A stretch of DNA of 64,000 nt, from positions 24,133 to 88,132 of the forward strand of contig CAYZYT010000005.1 of the NCBI GenBank assembly GCA_964482725.1. Direction: 5' to 3'. Every line of letters begins with the position of its first letter. Positions within the stretch are counted from its first letter, which is position 1. Below, in pieces: positions 8,967-17,924 of the stretch. The stretch comes from an uncultured bacterium (lineage in GTDB: Bacteria; Omnitrophota; Omnitrophia; Omnitrophales; Aquincolibacteriaceae). The notes beneath the pieces are model-generated. The model did no database searches. It was not told the DNA's origin and saw only the letters and a list, made by a program, of their open reading frames with translations. Both the position numbers and the translations under genes were made by a program.

Positions 8967-9238
8967 CAGACGAACAAACGCTTCAAAAGGCTCGATGTTA
9001 GATTTTTTTAGATTAGGTCAGAATTTTTGTTTTTTTGAATCTCTTTTGAAGAAGCAATTCTCAAGACAGCGAGAATAATATTCGCATCAGAAAAAAGTTT
9101 CAAGAAGAATTATGATTTTTTTTTGCGAGGATTTTGCGATGAAAATATTTTTCAAAAAAAAGCTTGTAAAATAAAAACTTGCGTGAAAACCACCGTCTAA
9201 AAATCGGCGAGGATCCCGCCCAAGGCGGAAAAAACCAC

Positions 9239-9952
9239 TCAGCAGAGTCCGGCCGCCTTGTCCCGGATCATCTCGATCAGGAGCTTCGCGATCTCCTCGA
9301 TCGGAACGCGGTCGGTGTTCCAGACGGCGTCATAAAGGAGCGGATCACGGATATCTTTATGGAAAAATGTTTTTACAAGCTCGGCCTTCGCCTTGTCTTT
9401 TTCCTCCACAGCCTCCCGCGCTTTTCTCGCATCGACCTGCAGCGCCCCCATCATGCGTTTCACGCGTGATTCCATGGTCGCCTCCAAGCGAACCTGAATC
9501 CCCAACGGCAGGTCGCGCGTCAAAAACGAGGAACCCCGCCCCACGAAGATCACTTTCCCGTGAAGCGCAAAGGCCCGGACAAGATGGAACATCTTTTTGA
9601 TCACGAGGTCCTGAGAGGAGCCGCCATAGATAAACTGGGAGATGATGTCTTCAGCGTGGGAATGATACTCTGTGCGTTGCAGCGAGTCGACCAGAGTCTT
9701 GAGCTTCGGATCTTGGGCGACCAGATGGCAAAGCTCCTGATTGCAAAGCTGCCACCCACGGAACAAGGGCTCAGCGTGAAGTTTTTGGATCTTTTCATCC
9801 AGGAGTGTGGCGAGAGCCTGCCCTCCGGCACCGGCCTGGCGCGAAATAGCAATAAAAGGAAAACAGCCCTTCTTAGGATCGAACTGAGGCCCCGCCTGAT
9901 CACGATAATGAAGACTGTCAATGAATGACGCCAGCTTATGGATCTCGCTCAT
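9239..9952 (-). CDS. cytidylate-kinase-like family protein (P-loop NTPase)
   Basis: 237 aa with FIAISRQAGAGGQALATLL, a P-loop-like N-terminus characteristic of the cytidylate-kinase-like family. Confidence 0.55.
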   Translation of the reverse strand: MSEIHKLASFIDSLHYRDQAGPQFDPKKGCFPFIAISRQAGAGGQALATLLDEKIQKLHAEPLFRGWQLCNQELCHLVAQDPKLKTLVDSLQRTEYHSHAEDIISQFIYGGSSQDLVIKKMFHLVRAFALHGKVIFVGRGSSFLTRDLPLGIQVRLEATMESRVKRMMGALQVDARKAREAVEEKDKAKAELVKTFFHKDIRDPLLYDAVWNTDRVPIEEIAKLLIEMIRDKAAGLC

Positions 9953-9978
9953 GGAGCCTCCCCGGATTTAGACTCTGT

Positions 9979-10057
9979 CATCCTGAGTCCCGCAGAGGAC
10001 GAAGGATCTCACTTTTACAGGAGATCCTTCCTTCGTCCTTCGGATTCTCTCAGGATG
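9979..10057. repeat. long imperfect inverted repeat (stem-loop) between the ACD stop and the cmk-like gene
   Basis: CATCCTGAG...GAGGACGAAGGATCTC / GAGATCCTTCCTTCGTCC...CTCAGGATG gives a roughly 30-bp imperfect stem. No downstream U-run. Confidence 0.5.
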
Positions 10058-10082
10058 AGCGAGACTGAAAATACCAGTCTCC

Positions 10083-12227
10083 TCATTTTAAAATAATACG
10101 AGCGTCAATGACCCCGGCACCCTTCCCCTCGCCATAAACCATGAGGGGATTGATATCGATTTCATCGATCTCGGGATGATCGCACGAAAGTTGGGAAAGC
10201 CTTTTCAGACAATCCGCGATCGCTTCAAGATCCGCCGGCGGCTCGCCGCGAACACCTTCCAAAAGCTTGAAGGCGCGAATATTCCGCAACATGTCATGAG
10301 CGCTAAGTTCACGGATCGGCGCCACACGAAAGGTCACGTCCTTGAGAGCTTCCACGTAAATACCACCCAGACCGAACATCAGGATCGGGCCAAAGTGAGG
10401 ATCGCGCTTCATCCCCAGGATCACTTCCCGGCCTTTGGGCGCCATACGCTGCATAAAAACACCATCGATCTTGGCCTTCAACCTTTCGCCGACCGCCATG
10501 ATATCCCGAAACGCATGTTGCACATCATCCGCGGTATTCAGATTGAGCCGCACCCCTCCCACATCGACCTTGTGGATGATCTGCTGGGAAACAACCTTCA
10601 TCACAACCGGAAAACCGATCTTCACAGCCTGCTCCCACGCATCCTCAGCCGTCCTGACGAATGCCCACGGGATCACCGGGAATTCATAGGCGCTAAAGAT
10701 CTCCATCGACTGATTGATCGGAAGGAATTTTTGTTTTTCTTTGATCGCATTATCAATGACCGCATCCGCAGACTGACGATCCACCTTATAATGCTTCACA
10801 CCCGTCCGTGACCTGTGGAGCCACTGCTGATACCTGTTCATGGCCGCGAGCGTCCTCGCCGAATCCTCGGGGAAGGAACAGTGCGGGATCATGTTCTCCT
10901 TGAGAACTTTCACGCCAGCTTCCACATCCGAATGCCCCATAAAGCAGGTTACGATGGTTTTGTCCGATTCCTTATCCACCGCCACGATCACCTTGGCCGT
11001 TGCTTCAGCCTCGGTCATGGCCTGAGGCGTTAAAAGCACCATCACACCGTCCACATTCGGATCGGCGATCACACAACGAAGGGCATGCTCGTAACGGTCA
11101 TGCTGCGCGTCCCCGATCACGTCGATGGGATTTGAAAAATTCGAGGTCGGCGGAAGTTTCTCTTTGAGCTTCGAGACCGTCGCCGGGCTCATCTCGGCCA
11201 TTTGAAGACCGAATTTCACACAAGCGTCGGTGGCCATGATCCCGGGACCGCCGGCATTCGTCACGATCGCCACACGGCTCCCCTTCATCAAAGGCTGATT
11301 CGCGAACACGATCGCAAGATCGAACATTTCCTGAGCCGATTCCATACGCATCACGCCCGACTGGGCGAATACCGCATCATAAACCTCATCGGCGCCCATC
11401 AGCGATCCGGTATGTGAACTTGCCGCCTTAGCGCCCTGCGCGGTACGGCCGGACTTGATCACAAGAATGGGTTTGGTCTTGGCGATCTCCCCGGTGATCT
11501 CACGAGCGAGCTCAATGAACTCCTGTCCTTTTCCGATATCTTCGAGGTACATCATAATGACATCGGTGTTGGGATCATCTTTTAAATACCGGAGAATCTC
11601 AAGCTCTGTCACATCCACCTTATTACCCAAACTCACAAACTTGGAAAAACCGACGTTCTCACCCCGGGCATAATCCAGCAACGCCGTCCCAAGCGCGCCA
11701 CTCTGGGAGATAAAAGCAATATTCCCGTTCTTCGGAATCGTCCCGGCAAAACTCGCGTTCAGGGCAAGGTTGGGATCATTGTTGATGAGCCCAAGACAGT
11801 TCGGGCCCAGTACGGCGATACCATAAGCGTCTGAGATCTGTTTGATCTCACGCTCAAGCCGCACGCCTTCTCCGCCGATTTCACGAAACCCCGCTGAAAT
11901 CACGATCGCGGCACGGGCTCCCTTTTTGGCACAGGCCTCAAGCTCCGCCGGCACCGCGGCTCCCGGGATAATGAAAATAGCCATGTCGATCGTTTCCGGA
12001 ATCTCGGCCACCGTCGGGATGCACTTCACGCCCAGAATATCCGAAGCCTTGGGATTGACCGGATAGATCTTCCCCTTGTAACCCGTTTGGAGCAGATTCT
12101 TGAGAATAGCGTAGCCCACGGCCTCGGTGCGCCTTGAAGCCCCCACCACCGCGATCACCTTGGGTTCAAAGAGAGCCTTCAGATCTTTTTTCTTGGGCGT
12201 CACAACAGTTCCTGTGCTCATGGTCAT
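10083..12227 (-). CDS. acetyl-CoA synthetase (ADP-forming), fused alpha/beta subunits
   Basis: 714 aa with an N-terminal CoA-binding fold (VIAVVGASRR...GYAILKNL...GKIYPVNPK), CoA-ligase/succinyl-CoA-synthetase-like flavodoxin domains and a C-terminal ATP-grasp. There is no GNAT tail. Confidence 0.82.
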   Translation of the reverse strand: MTMSTGTVVTPKKKDLKALFEPKVIAVVGASRRTEAVGYAILKNLLQTGYKGKIYPVNPKASDILGVKCIPTVAEIPETIDMAIFIIPGAAVPAELEACAKKGARAAIVISAGFREIGGEGVRLEREIKQISDAYGIAVLGPNCLGLINNDPNLALNASFAGTIPKNGNIAFISQSGALGTALLDYARGENVGFSKFVSLGNKVDVTELEILRYLKDDPNTDVIMMYLEDIGKGQEFIELAREITGEIAKTKPILVIKSGRTAQGAKAASSHTGSLMGADEVYDAVFAQSGVMRMESAQEMFDLAIVFANQPLMKGSRVAIVTNAGGPGIMATDACVKFGLQMAEMSPATVSKLKEKLPPTSNFSNPIDVIGDAQHDRYEHALRCVIADPNVDGVMVLLTPQAMTEAEATAKVIVAVDKESDKTIVTCFMGHSDVEAGVKVLKENMIPHCSFPEDSARTLAAMNRYQQWLHRSRTGVKHYKVDRQSADAVIDNAIKEKQKFLPINQSMEIFSAYEFPVIPWAFVRTAEDAWEQAVKIGFPVVMKVVSQQIIHKVDVGGVRLNLNTADDVQHAFRDIMAVGERLKAKIDGVFMQRMAPKGREVILGMKRDPHFGPILMFGLGGIYVEALKDVTFRVAPIRELSAHDMLRNIRAFKLLEGVRGEPPADLEAIADCLKRLSQLSCDHPEIDEIDINPLMVYGEGKGAGVIDARIILK

Positions 12228-12233
12228 CTCTCC

Positions 12234-15200
12234 TTAAGCTTTCGCCGGGTTAGGAGCTTCGATCGCGGGCTTTCCCTGGGCCAGATATTCGAAACGCTTC
12301 CAGCGGGCTTCAACATCCTTTTGCGCGATCTGGTAAAGTTTTTTGGCTTCCTCGGGATTACTCTTCATAATCATCTTGAACCGGTTTTCCATCATGAGAT
12401 ATTGCTCAAGCGGGATCGTCGGCGCCTTCGAGTCGATCACGAGAGGATTCTCCCCCTTCTCGGTACGACGAGGATCAAAACGGTAGAGGATCCATTGACC
12501 GGATGCGACGGCGGCCTTTTGGTCCTGTAGACCGTTGATCATATTGATGCCATGCGCGATGCAATGGCTGTAAGCAATGATGAGCGAAGGACCGTCATAC
12601 GACTCGGCTTCCTGGATCGCCTTGAGGGTTTGCTGGTCATTGGCCCCCATGGCGATCACCGCCACGTAAACGTTCCCGTAAGTCATGGCGATCATCCCGA
12701 GGTCCTTCTTACCGGCGGCTTTCCCGCCCATCGCGAATTTCGCGGTGGCGCCGCGCGGCGTGGATTTCGACGCCTGGCCGCCCGTATTGGAATAGACCTC
12801 CGTATCGAGGACGAAAACATTCACATTTTTCCCGGACGCAAGCACGTGGTCAAGACCGCCGTACCCGATATCGTAGGCCCATCCGTCACCCCCGAATATC
12901 CAGACGCTCTTTTTTACAAGCGTGTCCGCCAGGCTCAAAAGCTGCACGGCGTCGGCTTCCGCGCTAAGACCGGCCAGTTTCTTTTTAAGCGCCGCAACGC
13001 GTTCCCGTTGATCATAGATCTCCGCTTCGGTCTGTTGCGCCGAACTAAGGATCGATTGAACAAGATCCGCGCCCAGCTTATCCTGGAGCTTCACGAGAAG
13101 CTCGGAGGCATATTCTTTCTGTTTATCGATCGCCATCCGGAACCCGTAACCGAATTCCGCGTTATCTTCGAAAAGAGAATTCGACCAAGCGGGCCCACGG
13201 CCGTTACCATCCTTAGCCCAAGGCGTCGTCGGCAAATTACCGCCATAGATAGAAGAACAACCCGTCGCGTTCGAGATCACGGCGCGATCCCCGAAAAGCT
13301 GCGACACGATCTTCACATAAGGCGTCTCCCCGCAACCGGCACACGCACCTGAAAACTCGAAAAGCGGCCTCATCGCCTGCTGCTGGTTGATCATCCCGGT
13401 CTTCAATTTCCTGCGATCATACTCAGGGATATTAAGGAAGAACTCCCACTTCGGCGCTTCAATGCAGCGAAGCGGCATTTGCGGCTGCATATTGATGGCT
13501 TTTTTCTTGGGATCCGTTTTGCTCTTGGCGGGGCAAACATCGACGCAAAGCCCGCAACCCGTGCAGTCTTCAGGCGCAGGTTGAATCGTGAATTTCTGGC
13601 CCTTAAAATCCGGCATCTTCGCATCCGCCGACTTGAATCCCTCAGGGGCCTTCTCAAGACACTTCGGATCATAGACCTTCATACGGATCACGGCATGGGG
13701 ACACACAAAATTGCACTTGCCGCACTGGATACAAATATCCTGCTCCCAGACCGGGATCTCAAGCGCGATATTGCGCTTTTCATACTGAGTCGTGGCGGTC
13801 GGGAATGTCCCGTCCACCGGCATTGCGCTCACAGGGATCTCGTCCCCGCGGCCTTCAATGATCGCGCCAAGCACTTCCTTAACGAACGCCGGAGCGTTCG
13901 AAGTAACTGGGGCAAGCCTCTTGAGCTTGCTATTCGCAACCGCAGGAACTTTTACCTCATGAAGATGCGCAAGGGTCATGTCCACAGCATTGAGGTTCTG
14001 CTGAACCACGTCTTCGCCCTTTTTGCCGTAAGTCTTCTGAATGGATTTTTTGATCTGTTCAATCGCCTGCTCACGCGGCAGCACGCCCGAGATCGCAAAA
14101 AAGCAGACCTGCATGATCGTGTTGATCCTCATGCCCATACCGCTATCCGCCGCGACCTTGTAGGCATCGATCACATGAAACTTGAGTTTCTTTTCGAGGA
14201 TCTGTTTCTGAACTTCGACCGGAATATTCGGCCACACTTCTTCCGCGCTCCAGGGAGCGTTCAATAGGAACGTGCCGCCGGCCACGATATTGCGCAGCAT
14301 GTCATACTTTTCAAGGAAAACAGTCTGGTGGCATGCCACAAAATGAGCCTTACTAATCAGGTAAGGCGAGCGGATGGGCTCGGGACCGAAGCGAAGATGC
14401 GACACGGTGATCGCGCCGGACTTTTTGGAATCGTAAACGAAATACCCCTGCGCGTAATTTTCCGTGTTCTCGCCGATGATCTTGATGGAGTTCTTGTTCG
14501 CGCCAACCGTTCCGTCCGCACCGAGACCGTAGAAAAGTGCGCGCACGACCTTGTCGGATTCGATGGAATACTCCGGATCATAAGGAAGGCTGGTGTGGGT
14601 CACGTCATCATTAATGCCAATCGTAAAACCGTGTTTTGCTTTGCCAGAAGCAAAGAAATCAAACACGCCCTTGACCATGGCCGGGGTGAATTCTTTGGAG
14701 GAAAGACCGTAGCGGCCGCCATAGATCTTGGGCGCTTGATGGAACTTCGACCATCCATTCTGCGCAGCTTCCTGAAGCGCGCAAACGCAATCCAGATAAA
14801 GCGGCTCGCCGATCGCTCCCGGTTCTTTGGTCCGGTCCAGCACGATCAAGTTCTTGGTGGTTTGCGGGAGGAGGCCGACAAAACGCTTCACATCGAACGG
14901 ACGATAAAGAGAAACTTTGAGGCAGCCGACCTTCGCGCCTTTGGCGCTGAGCGCCTTCACGGTTTCCGCGGCCACCTCCTCACCCGAACCCATGATCACA
15001 ACGACTTGTTCCGCGTCTTTGGCCCCGGTGTATTCGAAAAGCTTGTAACTGCGGCCGGTCAGGCTCGCGAACTTGTCCATGGTTTGCTGAACGATATCGG
15101 GACATGCATCATAGAACTTATTGACCGTCTCCCGGCCCTGAAAATAAACGTCCGGGTTCTGCGCCGTACCGCGAAGCACGGGACTATCCGGCGAAAGCGC

Positions 15201-15857
15201 GCGGGCGCGATGCTCGAGGACCTTCGCCATGTTGATCATGCTGCGGATCTGATCGTCGGAAAGAAGGCTGATCTTTTGGACTTCGTGCGAAGTGCGGAAA
15301 CCGTCAAAGAAATGAAGGAAAGGAATGCGGGATTCAAGGCTCGCGACCTGTGAGATCAGCGCAAAATCCATGGCTTCCTGCACCGAATTGGAAGCCAGAA
15401 GCGCGTAGCCGGTCTGACGGACCGACATCACGTCCGAGTGATCGCCAAAAATCGAAAGTCCTTGGCACGCGAGCGAACGCGCGGAAACATGCATCGCCAT
15501 GGCGGTGAGTTCCCCGGCGATCTTGTACATGTTCGGGATCATGAGAAGAAGTCCTTGCGACGCCGTAAAGGTCGTGGTCAATGCCCCGCGCTGAAGCGCT
15601 CCATGCACCGCACCGGCGGCGCCGCCTTCGCTTTGCAGTTCGGCGACCGAAGGAACCGTTCCCCAGATATTCTTCTTTCCCTGGGAAGCCCATTCATCCG
15701 CCCATTCCCCCATGGTGGAAGACGGCGTGATCGGATAAATAGCGATACATTCATTAATGCGATACGCAACATGGGCAACGGCTTCGCCGGCATCCATGGT
15801 GACAAATTTTTTGCTTACGGATTTTGCTTCGGATTTTTCGAGAGCTTGTTCGGCCAT
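12234..15857 (-). CDS. por: pyruvate:ferredoxin (flavodoxin) oxidoreductase, single-polypeptide PFOR
   Basis: 1207 aa with two 4Fe-4S ferredoxin motifs (CIQCGKCNFVCP, CTGCGLCVDVCP) and a TPP-binding GDGWAYDIGYGGLDH block. It lies 6 nt upstream of the ACD gene. Confidence 0.9.
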   Translation of the reverse strand: MAEQALEKSEAKSVSKKFVTMDAGEAVAHVAYRINECIAIYPITPSSTMGEWADEWASQGKKNIWGTVPSVAELQSEGGAAGAVHGALQRGALTTTFTASQGLLLMIPNMYKIAGELTAMAMHVSARSLACQGLSIFGDHSDVMSVRQTGYALLASNSVQEAMDFALISQVASLESRIPFLHFFDGFRTSHEVQKISLLSDDQIRSMINMAKVLEHRARALSPDSPVLRGTAQNPDVYFQGRETVNKFYDACPDIVQQTMDKFASLTGRSYKLFEYTGAKDAEQVVVIMGSGEEVAAETVKALSAKGAKVGCLKVSLYRPFDVKRFVGLLPQTTKNLIVLDRTKEPGAIGEPLYLDCVCALQEAAQNGWSKFHQAPKIYGGRYGLSSKEFTPAMVKGVFDFFASGKAKHGFTIGINDDVTHTSLPYDPEYSIESDKVVRALFYGLGADGTVGANKNSIKIIGENTENYAQGYFVYDSKKSGAITVSHLRFGPEPIRSPYLISKAHFVACHQTVFLEKYDMLRNIVAGGTFLLNAPWSAEEVWPNIPVEVQKQILEKKLKFHVIDAYKVAADSGMGMRINTIMQVCFFAISGVLPREQAIEQIKKSIQKTYGKKGEDVVQQNLNAVDMTLAHLHEVKVPAVANSKLKRLAPVTSNAPAFVKEVLGAIIEGRGDEIPVSAMPVDGTFPTATTQYEKRNIALEIPVWEQDICIQCGKCNFVCPHAVIRMKVYDPKCLEKAPEGFKSADAKMPDFKGQKFTIQPAPEDCTGCGLCVDVCPAKSKTDPKKKAINMQPQMPLRCIEAPKWEFFLNIPEYDRRKLKTGMINQQQAMRPLFEFSGACAGCGETPYVKIVSQLFGDRAVISNATGCSSIYGGNLPTTPWAKDGNGRGPAWSNSLFEDNAEFGYGFRMAIDKQKEYASELLVKLQDKLGADLVQSILSSAQQTEAEIYDQRERVAALKKKLAGLSAEADAVQLLSLADTLVKKSVWIFGGDGWAYDIGYGGLDHVLASGKNVNVFVLDTEVYSNTGGQASKSTPRGATAKFAMGGKAAGKKDLGMIAMTYGNVYVAVIAMGANDQQTLKAIQEAESYDGPSLIIAYSHCIAHGINMINGLQDQKAAVASGQWILYRFDPRRTEKGENPLVIDSKAPTIPLEQYLMMENRFKMIMKSNPEEAKKLYQIAQKDVEARWKRFEYLAQGKPAIEAPNPAKA

Positions 15858-16113
15858 TTTATGATTCCTTTAGGTTCGAGGTTTATGATATCGATCCAAT
15901 GCAGGCAAAAATATGTCTGCGCAAAATACACGGATAGCTCCCTGCTGCGTGCTGCTTGTCCTCCGGATATTCCAAATATGAGGCATGGAACGGGGGAACT
16001 TCGAAAGGCTTTTCAAGTCGCGTGAGAGCGTGCGGATGGAGGCCATCAAGCTCTCGCAACTCGCGGACCGCATTGTATGATTTTGGAAAGCATTTTTCAA
16101 GCAATTATTGCCC

Positions 16114-16206
16114 GGAGGGAGGAAGGCGGATGGTGGATGGCGAAAAATCCTCGGGAAAGATAATGAAATGATCAAAACCAAAGCTCCCTCCTCCATCCGC
16201 CATCCC
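16114..16206. repeat. G-rich/C-rich hairpin repeat element, copy A
   Basis: GGAGGGAGGAAGGCGGATGGTGGATGGCG ... CTCCCTCCTCCATCCGCCATCCC. A second copy, about 80% similar, is at 46561..46635. Confidence 0.55.
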
Positions 16207-16266
16207 TTTTTAGTTCTTAAGCGCCCAAAACTTGAAATGCCCACCGATATCGCATAGTATGACGCC

Positions 16267-16662
16267 ATGTCCCACGACACGATCCGTCTTCTTCAATTCA
16301 TGGTCTGCAAAGACTTCGAGCCCGGTGAACAGGATTGCTACACGGCCAATCTCGTCCGGAGCAATCTCCATGTGCCGTCTTTTCCCTACCACTTCGAGAA
16401 ACTTTACGCCGTCACCTGTTGGCGCAAGGACAAGATGTTCCACAAAGAAGTGATCGAATATGAGACCGAGGACGGCCGCATCCTTAAGACACCGCCCATG
16501 GACATCGAGCCCGTCACCTCCAGCGTCCTCTTCCGCTGGCACAAGCACGCGTTCCCGCCGGACCTCGAGATCAAAGAAGACGGCCTGCTCCATATCCGCG
16601 TTATTCTGGACTGGAAAGTCAATTTTGAATCCTATCTCATGATCGAAAAAAGGCCGGCATAG
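16267..16662 (+). CDS. hypothetical protein
   Basis: 131-aa ORF with GC-rich codon third positions. Its stop overlaps the start of the downstream permease (TAGCATG). No family recognised. Confidence 0.4.
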   Translation: MSHDTIRLLQFMVCKDFEPGEQDCYTANLVRSNLHVPSFPYHFEKLYAVTCWRKDKMFHKEVIEYETEDGRILKTPPMDIEPVTSSVLFRWHKHAFPPDLEIKEDGLLHIRVILDWKVNFESYLMIEKRPA

Positions 16663-16663
16663 C

Positions 16664-17908
16664 ATGCCCCAGCACGAATGGCTGCCGGAGATCTGGACGA
16701 CGCTCCCTTTCATCGGACTTCTTCTCTCGATCGCGATCTTGCCGCTGGCCGCCCACAAATTTTGGCATCATTTAAAAAATCAGGCGCTCGTCGCCGCCCT
16801 CTTTTCACTTCCGGTCATTTATTTATGTCTTGTCCATAATCCCCATCTTCTTTTGACAGGATTGGAGCATTACTTGTCGTTCGTGATCCTGCTGGGTGCG
16901 CTTTTCATTGTTTCGGGAGGGATCTGCATCACCGGAGATCTCGTCAGCACCCCGATCGCAAACACCGGCATGCTGGCATTAGGCGCCGTCCTTGCGAACT
17001 TCATCGGAACGACCGGTGCCAGCATGGTCCTGATTCGCCCGCTACTCTTCGCGAACAATTATCGGAAACACCACATCCACATCCCGATTTTTTTTATCAT
17101 GATCGTCAGCAATATCGGCGGCCTGCTGACGCCGCTCGGTGATCCGCCGCTTTTCCTGGGTTTCCTGCTCGGCGTTCCTTTTTTCTGGACCTTGAAGCTT
17201 TTCCCGTTCTGGATACTTGCAGTGGGAGTCCTTCTGGCGGTCTTTTTTGTGATCGATCACAGGGCTTTTGATCATGAGACCAAACGGCTACAGCGCGAGG
17301 CGAGGTCGGACGCTCCGATCCACATCAAAGGCCTCCGGAATCTCGGCTGTCTTGGAATGATCATCGCAGCAACGATCTGGATCCCCCAGCCCTACCGGGA
17401 AATGCTCATGATCCTTGCGGCAATCCTCTCTCTGAAGATCACGCCTAAGACCTACCACCAGGCTAACGGATTTAATTTTGATCCGATTCTCGAAGTCGCG
17501 ATCCTTTTCCTTGGCATCTTCATCACGATGGAACCCGCACTTGAGATCCTCTACCTGCGCGGCGCGGAAATGGGCATCACGGTTCCCTGGCAATTCTTTT
17601 GGGCCACAGGAGGCTTTTCATCTTTCCTCGATAATGCGCCAACCTATCTGACGTTCGTGGCGCTTGGGCAGGGATTAAAATTAGCGGGACCTCATCTTAA
17701 TCTTCCGGAGGCAATTCTCATCGCGGTCAGCGTTGGCTCGGTATTCTTCGGCGCCATGACCTATATCGGGAACGCCCCGAATTTCATGGTGCGGTCGATT
17801 GCGCAGCATCGCGGCTGGAAAATGCCGAGCTTCTTCGGATATATGGCGTGGTCAGGGGCGATCCTTCTGCCCCTGTTCTTGCTCATCACCGTCATCTTTT
17901 TCAGATAA
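16664..17908 (+). CDS. NhaD/ArsB-type (ion transporter superfamily) permease
   Basis: 414 aa, polytopic, with the duplicated architecture and GxxxP-rich helices characteristic of NhaD/ArsB/CitMHS-type permeases. Confidence 0.65.
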   Translation: MPQHEWLPEIWTTLPFIGLLLSIAILPLAAHKFWHHLKNQALVAALFSLPVIYLCLVHNPHLLLTGLEHYLSFVILLGALFIVSGGICITGDLVSTPIANTGMLALGAVLANFIGTTGASMVLIRPLLFANNYRKHHIHIPIFFIMIVSNIGGLLTPLGDPPLFLGFLLGVPFFWTLKLFPFWILAVGVLLAVFFVIDHRAFDHETKRLQREARSDAPIHIKGLRNLGCLGMIIAATIWIPQPYREMLMILAAILSLKITPKTYHQANGFNFDPILEVAILFLGIFITMEPALEILYLRGAEMGITVPWQFFWATGGFSSFLDNAPTYLTFVALGQGLKLAGPHLNLPEAILIAVSVGSVFFGAMTYIGNAPNFMVRSIAQHRGWKMPSFFGYMAWSGAILLPLFLLITVIFFR

Positions 17909-17924
17909 CCGCTCAAAGACAACG

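Noticed and set aside
15870-16280. Minus-strand ORFs 15870..16280 and 16210..16758 in the por upstream region
   Set aside because: They overlap the repeat element and the better-supported plus-strand gene pair 16267..17908. No motifs.
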